The translations under genes and the position numbers were made by a program. Under the pieces are notes generated by a model. The model saw nothing but the letters and a program-made list of their open reading frames with translations. It ran no database searches and was not told the origin of the DNA. From contig NZ_JACHGN010000001.1 of the NCBI RefSeq assembly GCF_014202315.1, positions 21,757 through 85,756 on the forward strand: DNA of 64,000 bases. Direction: 5' to 3'. Below, piece by piece: positions 18,887 through 28,294 of this stretch (its first letter is position 1; each line of letters starts with the position of its first letter). Origin of the DNA: Thermocatellispora tengchongensis (GTDB lineage: Bacteria > Actinomycetota > Actinomycetes > Streptosporangiales > Streptosporangiaceae).

Positions 18887-19635
18887 TCACCCGCATGTTC
18901 GTACGGACCGCCGCCCTCGCCGCCGTCCTCACGCTGGCCGTGAGCTCCGCCGCGTTCGCCCGTGAGAACGGGACGGCGGTGAGCCCGTGCCCGTCCGGGG
19001 TGGCCCTGGAGGGCTGGGGCGAGCCGGCCTTCTGCGAGGAGTTCGAGACCGTCCTCGATCCGGCGGAGTGGGTGCTGTACGACTCGCCGGGCCACGCGGG
19101 CAACGGCATCCGCTCGCCGGGGCAGGCGTTCATCGGCGGCGGCTCGCTGTTCCTGTACGGCACGGCCGACGGCACCACGGCCGGGATGGCGACCAGGTAC
19201 AGCCAGCCGTACGGCCGGTGGGAGGCGCGCATCCGGCTGTACCCGGGGGCCGGCTCCTACCATCCGGTGGCGCTGCTGTGGCCGGACGGCGGGGGCGGGA
19301 ACGTGCGCAGCGCGACCGGCGAGGAGATCGACTACCTGGAGGTCATCGACGATCCGGAGCGGCAGCGGGCCAACTTCTTCCTGCACGTGGGCGGACGCCA
19401 GGAGCAGGCGCACGCGAACGTGGACATGACCCAGTGGCACACGTACGCGGTGGAGAACACCCCCGACGGCGTGGTCGGCTACCTGGACGGGCGGGAGTGG
19501 TTCCGCTCCTCCCAGCACACCACGAGCCCGATGTCGGCCACGTTGCAGCTCGACTGGTTCCCCGGCGAGGGCACGCCGGGCGAGGCGTGGATGGAGGTGG
19601 ACTACCTGCGCATCTACCGCTCCCCGGCGGGCTAG
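18883..19635 (+). CDS. secreted glycoside hydrolase family 16 (beta-glucanase-like)
   Basis: Signal peptide and the GH16 catalytic motif EIDYLE. ATGA overlap with the upstream gene. Confidence 0.85.
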   Translation: MITRMFVRTAALAAVLTLAVSSAAFARENGTAVSPCPSGVALEGWGEPAFCEEFETVLDPAEWVLYDSPGHAGNGIRSPGQAFIGGGSLFLYGTADGTTAGMATRYSQPYGRWEARIRLYPGAGSYHPVALLWPDGGGGNVRSATGEEIDYLEVIDDPERQRANFFLHVGGRQEQAHANVDMTQWHTYAVENTPDGVVGYLDGREWFRSSQHTTSPMSATLQLDWFPGEGTPGEAWMEVDYLRIYRSPAG

Positions 19636-19651
19636 CTCGGGCCAGCTCGGG

Positions 19652-20002
19652 CTAGCTCGATTCCTGGCCGCGATCGTCGGCGAGATCGTCGGCGAGTTCG
19701 TCGGTGAGGAGCAGGTCGCGGCGTACCAGGCCCGAGCGGTACGCGCCCCGCCCGATCATGTGCGCCGCGACCGGGCCGGTGACGAGCTGGAACAGGCCGG
19801 TCAGGGCGAGGATGCCGATGTCGAGCGGGGCGTCGGTGCGCAGGCCGACCGCGACCAGGGTCAGCACCATCCCGATCACCTGCGGCTTGGCGCCCAGGTG
19901 CAGGCGGGACAGGAGGGTCGGGAAGCGGAGCAGGCCGATCCCGGCGGTGAGCGACAGCACCGCGCCGACCAGCAGCAGCGCCCCGGCGACGAGGTCACTC
20001 AT
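19652..20002 (-). CDS. mnhG: Na+/H+ antiporter subunit G (MnhG/MrpG)
   Basis: 116-aa membrane protein with the MnhG-type pattern. It is the last gene of a co-oriented seven-subunit mnh/mrp operon. Confidence 0.8.
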   Translation of the reverse strand: MSDLVAGALLLVGAVLSLTAGIGLLRFPTLLSRLHLGAKPQVIGMVLTLVAVGLRTDAPLDIGILALTGLFQLVTGPVAAHMIGRGAYRSGLVRRDLLLTDELADDLADDRGQESS

Positions 20003-20258
20003 CGGGCCTCCTGATCGCGAACCTGGCCACGGCGACGGAGCCGACGAAGCCGACCAGCGAGACCGCGAGCAGGATCGGCAGCGTGGTGGTGTGCTGGTTG
20101 TAGGCGGCTTCGAGCCCGATGCCGACCACGGTGATCGCGATCAGCACGTCCAGGGCGACCGCGCGGTCCAGCAGCGTCGGCCCGGCGATGAGCCGGACCA
20201 CGGTCAGCGCGGCGGCCACGGCGAGCAGCGCGCCGCAGACGATCACGACGGTGGTCAT
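19995..20258 (-). CDS. mnhF: Na+/H+ antiporter subunit F (MnhF/MrpF)
   Basis: 88-aa protein with 3 TM helices. ATG at 20258 overlaps the MnhE stop, and its own stop overlaps the mnhG start. Confidence 0.8.
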   Translation of the reverse strand: MTTVVIVCGALLAVAAALTVVRLIAGPTLLDRAVALDVLIAITVVGIGLEAAYNQHTTTLPILLAVSLVGFVGSVAVARFAIRRPDE

Positions 20259-20776
20259 GGGGCGGGTCCCTCCTCGGCGAGCAGGCGCCGGTCCTCGGCG
20301 TTGCCCAGCGCCCGGATCACGCGCCGCTCCAGAGCGAGCACGCCGCGCCGTACGCGCTCCAGCTCGCTCTCCGCGCGTACGCCGAGCACGTGGATGTACA
20401 GGGTGGCGGTGGAGCGCCTGACCTCGGTGATCAGGCTGCCGGGCACGGCGCACAGGGCCAGTGCGGTGATGGTCATGGTCAGGTCGGAGCGGGTGCGCAG
20501 GGTGACCGCGATGACGGCGTTGGGCGGCTGCGGCCCGGGGCGTACGGCCTGCCAGGCGACGTTCGCGGCGGAGGAGGCCATGTCGGCGACGAACCAGGCG
20601 AACAGCCGCAGGCAGTGCCAGGGGGAGACGCGGGCGCCCCCGCCGGTGGGCGGCAGGCGCGACAGGCGGGTGAGGCCTGCGGCGAGCACGAGCCCGGACA
20701 CGATGTTGGCCACGGAGACGTTGCCCCACAGCAGCACCCACAGGGCGGTCAGGGTGATGAGCGGCACCGGTCTCAC
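20255..20776 (-). CDS. mnhE: Na+/H+ antiporter subunit E (MnhE/MrpE)
   Basis: About 173 aa with a GTG start overlapping the MnhD stop (GTGA). The N-terminal TM hairpin (LITLTALWVLLWG) is typical of MrpE. Confidence 0.75.
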   Translation of the reverse strand: MRPVPLITLTALWVLLWGNVSVANIVSGLVLAAGLTRLSRLPPTGGGARVSPWHCLRLFAWFVADMASSAANVAWQAVRPGPQPPNAVIAVTLRTRSDLTMTITALALCAVPGSLITEVRRSTATLYIHVLGVRAESELERVRRGVLALERRVIRALGNAEDRRLLAEEGPAP

Positions 20777-22320
20777 GACGGCAGCACCGCCGCGATGTAG
20801 GGGGCGCGGGCGAGGAGTTCCGCGGCGGCGCGGCGGGTGTAGTCGACCATGGGCCCGGCGGCGACGGTGAAGGCGGTGGCGAAGGCGACCAGCGCCCAGG
20901 CCGGGCCGGTCATCGCCGGCGGCGGGACGGCGGCGGTGATCGCGGTGCCGCCGATGCCGCGCCGGCCCTCGATCACCTGGCCCGGCTCGGGCACCTGGCG
21001 GCGTTCGCCCCAGAAGGCCCGGTTCCACACCCAGCAGATCGCGTACAGGGTGAGCAGGCTGGTCAGCAGCGCGACCCCCACCATCGCGTACGCCCCCGCC
21101 GTGCCGGCCGCGATCCCGGCCTGGATCAGCCCGAGCTTGCCGAGGAAGCCCGACAGCGGCGGGATGCCGGCCAGGTTCATCGCGGGGACGAAGAACAGCA
21201 CCGCGAGGGCGGGCGCGACCCGGGCCAGGCCGCCGAGGCGGGTGAGGGAGGTGCTGCCGCCGCGCCGCTCGATCAGGCCGGTGACCAGGAACAGCGTGGT
21301 CTGCACGGTGATGTGGTGGGCCACGTAGAAGATCGCGCCGGCGAGCCCGGCCACGGTGGCGAGGCCGACGCCGAAGACCATGTAGCCGATGTGGCTGACC
21401 AGGGTGAAGGACAGCATCCGCTTGATGTCGGTCTGCGCGACCGCGCCGAGGACGCCGATCAGCATGGTCAGCGCCGCGGCCACGAGCAGCAGGGTGCCCA
21501 GCCGGTCGCCGGGGAACAGCAGCGTCTGGATCCGGATCATGGCGTAGACGCCGACCTTGGTGAGCAGGCCGGCGAACACGGCCGTGACGGGGGCCGGGGT
21601 GGTGGGGTAGCTGTCGGGCAGCCAGGCCGACAGCGGGAAGACCGCGGCCTTGATCCCGAAGGCCACGAGCAGGGTGAGCTGGAGGATCAGCCGTACGCCG
21701 TCGGGGAGCGCGTCCAGGCGCCCCGCGAGCTGGGCCATGGTCAGCGTGCCCGTGGCGGCGTAGCACAGCCCGACCGCGATCAGGAAGATCATCGAGGAGA
21801 CCAGGCTGACCACGATGTACGTCATGCCGGCCCGCACCCGGGCGCCCGTGCCGCCCAGTGTGATCAGCACGTAGCTGGCGGTCAGCAGGATCTCGAACCC
21901 GACGTACAGGTTGAACAGGTCGCCCGCCACGAACGCGTCCGAGACCCCCGCGACCAGCGCGAGGTAGGCGGGGTGGAAGACGGCCAGCGGGGTGGCCTCG
22001 TCCTTGTCGGCGGAGCCCTGGCCGATGGCGTACACGACCACGGCGAGCGTGATCACGCTGGAGATGAGCAGGATGAGCGCGGAGAGCCGGTCCACGACGA
22101 GCACGACCGCGATCGGCACCGGCCAGCCGCCGGGCCGCATGGTCTGCGGGCCGTGGGCGTCGGTCTGGTGCACCAGGACCGCGGCGATGACCACGATCAG
22201 CGCCAGCACGCCGACCGTGATGCCGCGCTGCGTGCGGGCCAGCCGGGGGCCGATGGCCAGCTTGATCCCGGCCGCGAACAGCGGCAGCACCACCGGGAGG
22301 GGCACCAGGGCGTTGCTCAC
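20773..22320 (-). CDS. mnhD: Na+/H+ antiporter subunit D (MnhD/MrpD, NuoN-like)
   Basis: 515 aa, polytopic, with the complex I antiporter-like proton-pumping fold (NADH dehydrogenase subunit N/M family). GTG start overlaps the mnhC stop. Confidence 0.85.
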   Translation of the reverse strand: MSNALVPLPVVLPLFAAGIKLAIGPRLARTQRGITVGVLALIVVIAAVLVHQTDAHGPQTMRPGGWPVPIAVVLVVDRLSALILLISSVITLAVVVYAIGQGSADKDEATPLAVFHPAYLALVAGVSDAFVAGDLFNLYVGFEILLTASYVLITLGGTGARVRAGMTYIVVSLVSSMIFLIAVGLCYAATGTLTMAQLAGRLDALPDGVRLILQLTLLVAFGIKAAVFPLSAWLPDSYPTTPAPVTAVFAGLLTKVGVYAMIRIQTLLFPGDRLGTLLLVAAALTMLIGVLGAVAQTDIKRMLSFTLVSHIGYMVFGVGLATVAGLAGAIFYVAHHITVQTTLFLVTGLIERRGGSTSLTRLGGLARVAPALAVLFFVPAMNLAGIPPLSGFLGKLGLIQAGIAAGTAGAYAMVGVALLTSLLTLYAICWVWNRAFWGERRQVPEPGQVIEGRRGIGGTAITAAVPPPAMTGPAWALVAFATAFTVAAGPMVDYTRRAAAELLARAPYIAAVLPS

Positions 22321-22904
22321 CGGGTGTCCTCCTCCATGGTGGTGTCGATGGCGCGGTCGGGGTCGTCGGCGGCCATCTGGCGCTCCCACTCCGCGCGCAG
22401 CCGGCGCCGGATCTCGCGCCGCTCCTCGCGGACAGCGGCGCGCAGCTCGCGCCGGGCGCGGCGGCCCGCCCGCCGGCCGCGCTCGGCCTCGATGCGCCGG
22501 ACCCGGGCGGTCTCCTCGGCGATCCGGCCCCAGGCCATCTCGCGCTCGGCGCGGGCGATGACCCGGCGGTCCTCCTCGTCGTCGCGCACCTCGTCGTCGC
22601 CGGTGAGCTGCCTGCCGCGGTGCACCAGCGAGAGCAGGAACGCGACCAGGGCGAGCGTGATCACGATGGCGGTGAGGACCATGACCTGCGGCAGCGGGTC
22701 GCCCATCTGGGGCACCGGGGTGACGCCGAGCAGCGGCGCCCCGCCCGGCGGCCCGCCCGCGGCCAGGATGAACAGGTTCACGCCGTTGCCGAGCAGGATG
22801 ACGCCCAGGATGATCCGGGTCAGGCTGCGCTCCAGGATCAGGAACACGCCGCACGACACGAGCGCGGCGATGGCCACGAGCAGCGCCACGGCGGTCCCGC
22901 TCAC
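22317..22904 (-). CDS. mnhC: Na+/H+ antiporter subunit C (MnhC/MrpC, NuoK-like) with an unusual ~90-aa charged C-terminal extension
   Basis: The N-terminal ~105 aa are the canonical 3-TM MnhC fold. The C-terminus is an Arg/Glu-rich predicted helix (RRELRAAVREERREIRRRLRAEWERQ). GTG start overlaps the mnhA stop. Confidence 0.8.
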   Translation of the reverse strand: MSGTAVALLVAIAALVSCGVFLILERSLTRIILGVILLGNGVNLFILAAGGPPGGAPLLGVTPVPQMGDPLPQVMVLTAIVITLALVAFLLSLVHRGRQLTGDDEVRDDEEDRRVIARAEREMAWGRIAEETARVRRIEAERGRRAGRRARRELRAAVREERREIRRRLRAEWERQMAADDPDRAIDTTMEEDTR

Positions 22905-25747
22905 GCGGTCGCCACCTCCTCGTGCTCGCGTTCCACCCGGCGGTCCAGTTCGGCGCCCATGGCGCGCAGGATGTCCAGCACGACCCCGACCACCACCAGG
23001 TAGACCCCGGCGTCGAAGATCGTCGAGGTGGTGAAGTGGACCTCGCCGAGCAGGGGCAGGCGCGCGTCGAGCACGGCCTGCCGCAGCACCTCGCCGGAGA
23101 TCGCCAGCCCGGCCAGCCCGATCCCGGCCACCACGGCCAGGCCGATCCCCTGGCACACGCCGGGGCCGAGCGGCAGCGCCTCGGCCAGCTCGTACCGGCC
23201 GCCCGCGAGATAGCGCATGGTCAGGGCCAGCCCGGTGACGAGCCCGGCCGCGAACCCGCCGCCGGGGCTGCCGTGCCCGCTGAACAGCAGGTAGGCCGAC
23301 AGCACCAGCATCGGGTGGAACAGCAGCCTGGCGGCCACCTCGAACAGGATCGAGCGCCGCTCGGGCGACAGCGTCTCGGCGCCGCGCAGCCAGGTGGCGG
23401 CGTCGCGTACGGCCTCGGGCTCCTCGATGCGCGGCGCGCCCGGGATCGCCCAGACGGGGCCCGTCGCGTCGCCCACGCGGGGCAGGGTCGGGCGGCGCCT
23501 GCCGTAGATCAGGCCGACCACGCCGACGGCGGCGACCAGCAGCACCGCGCTCTCCCCCATGGTGTCCCAGGCACGCAGATCGACCAGGGCGATGTTGACG
23601 ATGTTCGTCCCCCCGGCCCGCTCCGCGGCCTGCGGGTACAGCGCCGACTCCGGTACGGCCGTGCGCACGCTCACCGCCGCCAGCGCCACGCCCGCGACCA
23701 CCAGCCCGGCGGCCACGGCGAACAGCGCGTTCACCACCCGGATGCCCGCCACCTGCCGCTCGCCGAACCGGGCCGGGAGCCTGCGCAGCACCAGCACGAA
23801 CGCGACCAGCGTGACGGTCTCGGTGAGGAACTGGGTCAGCCCCAGGTCGGGCGCGCCGTACAGGACGTACAGGGTGGCCGTGCCGGTGCCGGCGACCCCG
23901 GCGCAGACGACGGCACCGAGCCTGCGGGGCTGCAGCACGGCGGCCAGGGCGGCGGCGCAGACCAGCGCGACGACGGCCGGCTCGGCGGGGACCTGCCACG
24001 GGCGGACGTCGTGGGGCCACGGCCCGCCGGAGACCAGCGCGCCGCCGGGCAGGAGCAGCAGCGCGAGCAGGATGGACCGCAGGTAGACCGGGAGCGAGCC
24101 GCGCTGGGTGAACCGGGTGGCCTGGTCGGCGGCGCGGTCCACGCCCCGCATGATCACCCGGTAGCCGTGCTCGGCGTCCAGCGGGAACCGGAAGGCCGGG
24201 ACGGACCTCCAGCGCCGGAACAGCAGCGCCCCGGCGGCGATGACCAGCGCCGACTCGGCGAGCGGCACGGTCAGCCCGTGCCACAGGGCCAGCGGCTCGT
24301 CATGGGGCCCGGGTGGGTAGCGGCCGACGTACGCGGCCGTGAACGCGTTCAGCGCCGGCGCCCCGGCCCCGAGGGCCAGTCCCGCCGCCGCGAGCAGCCC
24401 GGCGGGGGCGAGGAACGCGGCGCCGGGCGGGTGCGCGACCTCGGTCGGCGCGTGCCCCTCCTTCGCGCCGAACGCCCCCCACAGGAACCGCGCGGAGTAG
24501 GCGACGGTGAGCGCCGACCCGGCCAGCACGCCGCCGAGCGCGACCGGATCGCCGGTGAGGGCGAGGAACGCCGCCTCCTTGCCGACGAACCCGATCAGCG
24601 GCGGCAGCCCGGCCATCGAGGCCGCCGCGAGCGCGGCCACGGCGCAGGTCGCCGGCATGGCCCGGCGCAGCCCGCTGAGCCTGCGCAGGTCGCGGGTGCC
24701 GGTGGCGTGGTCGATCACGCCGACCACCATGAACAGCGCGGCCTTGAACGCGGCGTGCGCCATCGTCATCGCGAGCCCGGCGAGGGCGGCGGCGCGGGTG
24801 CCGTAGCCGAGCAGCACGCACAGGAAGCCGAGCTGGCTGACCGTGCCGAAGGCCAGCATCAGCTTCAGGTCGTTGCGGCGCAGCGCCCGCCACGCCCCCA
24901 CCACCATGGTCGCGATCCCGGCCGCGACCACGACCGGCCGCCACGGCGCCACGTCCGCGAACGCGGGCGAGAGCCGGGCGATCAGGTACACGCCCGCCTT
25001 CACCATCGCCGCCGCGTGCAGGTACGCACTGACCGGCGTCGGCGCCGCCATCGCCCCCGGCAGCCAGAAGTGGAACGGCACCAGGGCCGACTTCGACAGC
25101 GCGCCCACCAGGACCAGCGCGAGCGCCACCGGCACCGTGCCGCCGGCGGGCGGGGCGGCCAGGATCGCGGAGATCCGGTACGTCCCCGCCGCCGCGCCCA
25201 GCAGCACGAACCCGCCCAGCATGGCCAGCCCGCCGGACGTGGTGACGATGATCGCGGTGATCGCGGCCCGGCGGCTGTTGCGCTCCTCGGCGTGGAACCC
25301 GATCAGCAGGTAGGAGAAGACGGTCGTCAGCTCCCAGAAGACGTACAGCAGGATCAGGTCGTCGGCCAGCACCAGCCCGAGCATCGCCCCGGCGAACGCG
25401 ACGAACACCCCGGCGAACCCGCCCAGCCCCCGGTGCGGCGTCCCGGCGAAGTACCGCGCGCAGTAGCCCAGCACCAGCGCCCCGACCCCGGCGACCACGA
25501 ACACCATGAGCAGCCCGAGCACGTCCATGCGGAGCGCGAGCGACACGCCGTACTCGGGGATCCAGCCGGCCGCCCACACGACCGGGCGCCCCTCGATCAC
25601 CCCCGGCGCGGCCACCGCCGCCCACACCGTGACGGCCGCGGGCACCAGCGCGAGCCACCAGAACCCGCGCACCCCGCAGCGCCGTACCACCCACGGCCCG
25701 GCCACGGCCGCGACGGCATGAGCCAGCACCGCCAGCAGCACACCCAT
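22901..25747 (-). CDS. mnhA: Na+/H+ antiporter subunit A fused with subunit B (MnhA/MrpA, NuoL-like)
   Basis: About 948 aa and polytopic, in the NuoL/MrpA antiporter-like family with a C-terminal MrpB-like extension, as is typical for actinobacterial fused MrpA/B. ATG at 25747. Confidence 0.85.
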   Translation of the reverse strand: MGVLLAVLAHAVAAVAGPWVVRRCGVRGFWWLALVPAAVTVWAAVAAPGVIEGRPVVWAAGWIPEYGVSLALRMDVLGLLMVFVVAGVGALVLGYCARYFAGTPHRGLGGFAGVFVAFAGAMLGLVLADDLILLYVFWELTTVFSYLLIGFHAEERNSRRAAITAIIVTTSGGLAMLGGFVLLGAAAGTYRISAILAAPPAGGTVPVALALVLVGALSKSALVPFHFWLPGAMAAPTPVSAYLHAAAMVKAGVYLIARLSPAFADVAPWRPVVVAAGIATMVVGAWRALRRNDLKLMLAFGTVSQLGFLCVLLGYGTRAAALAGLAMTMAHAAFKAALFMVVGVIDHATGTRDLRRLSGLRRAMPATCAVAALAAASMAGLPPLIGFVGKEAAFLALTGDPVALGGVLAGSALTVAYSARFLWGAFGAKEGHAPTEVAHPPGAAFLAPAGLLAAAGLALGAGAPALNAFTAAYVGRYPPGPHDEPLALWHGLTVPLAESALVIAAGALLFRRWRSVPAFRFPLDAEHGYRVIMRGVDRAADQATRFTQRGSLPVYLRSILLALLLLPGGALVSGGPWPHDVRPWQVPAEPAVVALVCAAALAAVLQPRRLGAVVCAGVAGTGTATLYVLYGAPDLGLTQFLTETVTLVAFVLVLRRLPARFGERQVAGIRVVNALFAVAAGLVVAGVALAAVSVRTAVPESALYPQAAERAGGTNIVNIALVDLRAWDTMGESAVLLVAAVGVVGLIYGRRRPTLPRVGDATGPVWAIPGAPRIEEPEAVRDAATWLRGAETLSPERRSILFEVAARLLFHPMLVLSAYLLFSGHGSPGGGFAAGLVTGLALTMRYLAGGRYELAEALPLGPGVCQGIGLAVVAGIGLAGLAISGEVLRQAVLDARLPLLGEVHFTTSTIFDAGVYLVVVGVVLDILRAMGAELDRRVEREHEEVATA

Positions 25748-25972
25748 GTTCCCCCGCCGCCCCCCAGCGACCCCCGCGCTCCCCCTTCGTACCCTCCTTC
25801 TCAGCGCGTTCAGTACGGTTGAACCAGGAGCGGTCAAACGTAGTCAAACGATATAGGGCCTTCCGTCAAGTGACGGCTCGGTGAAGGATGACGGATCGTC
25901 GGCGACACCGCAGCCGCCGGCGACAGTGAAGGTCGCCGGTCAGCGCCGGGGACGGACGAGGGGAGAGATCCT

Positions 25973-26731
25973 GTGCCGAACGGGGTGCGGCATGTCGTAG
26001 GGGTGATCGTCGGGGTGATCGCCCTTCCCACCGTTTACTACGGCCTGACCATCGGGACCGACGAACTGGCGCGCGGCCTGCTGAACGACGCCGAGACGCC
26101 GCGCCTGATCTCCGTGCTGTTCCTGGTGGCCACCGGCGTGGCCCTGGCGCTGCTCACCTCGTGGCAGTGGCTGTCGGGCCTCGCGCCCCTGCTGGCCGGG
26201 CTCCCGCTCCTCGGGCTCGGCGCGCTGTGGGCCTTCCAGCCCAGGATCGCCCTGGATATCGGCACCATCCTGCAACTCCCGGGCCAGCCGCGCTTCGGCA
26301 GCACGGCGGGCGCGTCGGGCCTCTACCTCGTGGCCGGCGTCCTGCTGCTGTTCGCGGCGATCTTCCCGAGCCGGTGGCGCGCCCGCGAGCGGCACATCCC
26401 GGCGCACGCGCAGACGCCGGGGCAGCACGCCCGCGACCCGTTCGCCCCCGCCTCCTCCTTCGAGCCCGCACGGCCCTTCGAGCCCGCACGGCCGTTCGAG
26501 GCGCCCAGGCCGTTCGAGCCGCCCGCCCCGGCCTCCCCGGCGGCGTCCACGCCTACGTCCACGCCGTCGTCCGCACCTTCGTCCGCGCCGTCGTCCACGC
26601 CCTCTTCCGAACAGCCGGAGAAGCAGGAAGGCGCGGGCTCGCTGTTCCAGCCCAACCCGAACAACACCGGTTCCATGCCGACCATCCCCGCGCCACTGCC
26701 CAAGCGGCGCCCCCAGCCGCCGCCGTCCTAG
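25973..26731 (+). CDS. hypothetical polytopic membrane protein with Pro/Ser-rich C-terminal tail
   Basis: Four predicted TM helices in the N-terminal 130 aa, a repeated ARPFEP motif x3, and an S/P-rich tail. GC3 is high. Confidence 0.65.
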   Translation: MPNGVRHVVGVIVGVIALPTVYYGLTIGTDELARGLLNDAETPRLISVLFLVATGVALALLTSWQWLSGLAPLLAGLPLLGLGALWAFQPRIALDIGTILQLPGQPRFGSTAGASGLYLVAGVLLLFAAIFPSRWRARERHIPAHAQTPGQHARDPFAPASSFEPARPFEPARPFEAPRPFEPPAPASPAASTPTSTPSSAPSSAPSSTPSSEQPEKQEGAGSLFQPNPNNTGSMPTIPAPLPKRRPQPPPS

Positions 26732-26776
26732 CCGCCGCGCGGTTAGGATCGCCGCGTACAGGCGAAGGGAGGGCCC

Positions 26777-28258
26777 ATGGCGGACCACCACGACCTGGTG
26801 CTGACCGGCGGCCGGGTCCTCGACCCCGAGACCGGCCTCGACGCCGTCGCCGACGTCGGCGTCACCGGCGGTGTCATCACCGCGGTCTCGCGCACGCCCG
26901 GCGCGCTGCGCGGGCGCGACGTGCTCGACGTGACCGGGCTGGCGGTCGCGCCCGGCTGGATCGACCTGCACAGCCACGCCCAGACCGTCGCCGGGCACCG
27001 GCTCCAGGCCATGGACGGCGTGACCACCGCGCTCGAACTCGAAGCCGGCGCGACCCCGGTCGCCGAGGCGTACGCGCGGGCCGCCGCCGAGGGCCGTCCG
27101 ATCAACTACGGCTTCTCCGCCTCCTGGGCCCAGGCCCGCATGGCCGCCGTCGGCGGCATCCCGCCCGGCGGCGGCATCGCCGCGACGCTCGCCCACATCG
27201 GCGACCCGCGCTGGCAGGCCCCCGCCACCGGCCGCGCCCTGGACGACCTGCTCGGCCTGCTCCGCCGCGACCTCGCCGACGGGGCGCTCGGCATCGGCGT
27301 GCTCATGGGCTACGCGCCCGGGGTCGATCCGGCCGAGTACGTCGCGGTGGCCGCGCTGGCCGCCGAGGCGGGCGTCCCCACGTACACGCACGCCCGCGAC
27401 CTGGTCGAACGCGAACCCGCCACCCTGATCGACGGCGCCGAGGAGCTCACCCGCACCGCCGCCGCCACCGGCGCGCACATGCACTACTGCCACGTCAACA
27501 GCACCTCCACCCGCCACATCGACAAGGTCCTGGCGCTGGTGGACAAGGTCCGCGCCGAGGGCGCGAAGGTGAGCACCGAGGCGTACCCGTACGGAGCCGG
27601 CATGACCGGCATCGGGGCGAACTTCCTCGCCCCGGAGCGCCTGCCCGCCCTGGGCATCACCCCCGACGCGATCGTCTACGCCCTCACCGGCGAACGCGTG
27701 GCCGACGCCGCCCGCCTGGCCGAGATCCGGGCCACCGACCCCGGCGGCCTGGCCATCATCCACACCCTCGATGAGGACGACCCCGCCGACCTCGCCTACC
27801 TGGACCGCGCCCTGCTCGCGAACACCACCGTGATCGGCTCCGACGCCATGCCGCTCACCTGGACCGGCACCGCCCAGCCCGACCCGCTGGCCTGGCCCCT
27901 GCCGCCCGCCGCCATCACCCACCCGCGCGCCGCGGGCACGTTCTCCAAGGTGCTGCGCCGCTACGTCCGCGAGACGGGCGCCCTGACCCTGCTGGACGCC
28001 GTGGCCCGGTGCAGCCTCCTCCCGGCCCGGGTCCTGGAGCAGGCGGTCCCCGCCATGCGCCGCAAGGGCCGGGTCCAGGAGGGCTGCGACGCCGACCTCG
28101 CGGTCTTCGACCCGCAGACGGTCAGCGACCAGGCGACGTACGCCCACAGCACCCGCCCGTCCACCGGCTACCGCCACGTCCTGGTGGCCGGCCGGTTCGT
28201 CGTCAAGGACGCCGAACTCCAGCAGGGCGCGTACCCCGGCCGCCCGATCCGCCGCTGA
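26777..28258 (+). CDS. N-acyl-D-amino-acid deacylase (D-aminoacylase) family amidohydrolase
   Basis: HSH metal-binding motif near the N-terminus (IDLHSHAQ) and overall similarity to D-aminoacylase/amidohydrolase-3 proteins. Confidence 0.85.
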   Translation: MADHHDLVLTGGRVLDPETGLDAVADVGVTGGVITAVSRTPGALRGRDVLDVTGLAVAPGWIDLHSHAQTVAGHRLQAMDGVTTALELEAGATPVAEAYARAAAEGRPINYGFSASWAQARMAAVGGIPPGGGIAATLAHIGDPRWQAPATGRALDDLLGLLRRDLADGALGIGVLMGYAPGVDPAEYVAVAALAAEAGVPTYTHARDLVEREPATLIDGAEELTRTAAATGAHMHYCHVNSTSTRHIDKVLALVDKVRAEGAKVSTEAYPYGAGMTGIGANFLAPERLPALGITPDAIVYALTGERVADAARLAEIRATDPGGLAIIHTLDEDDPADLAYLDRALLANTTVIGSDAMPLTWTGTAQPDPLAWPLPPAAITHPRAAGTFSKVLRRYVRETGALTLLDAVARCSLLPARVLEQAVPAMRRKGRVQEGCDADLAVFDPQTVSDQATYAHSTRPSTGYRHVLVAGRFVVKDAELQQGAYPGRPIRR

Positions 28259-28294
28259 CGGATAATGGTGGGCAGCCTCACCTAAGGAGCCCGC

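Noticed and set aside
22922-25822. 966-aa plus-strand ORF opposite mnhA
   Set aside because: It translates to an implausible Arg/Gly/Pro/Asp polymer. mnhA on the minus strand has the expected polytopic hydrophobic profile and operon context.
25748-25972. Possible riboswitch or tRNA in the 225-bp mnhA leader (GTCAAACG direct repeat, gtgaagg repeats)
   Set aside because: No cloverleaf or known riboswitch consensus was recognisable by eye. Confirming it would need an Infernal/Rfam scan.
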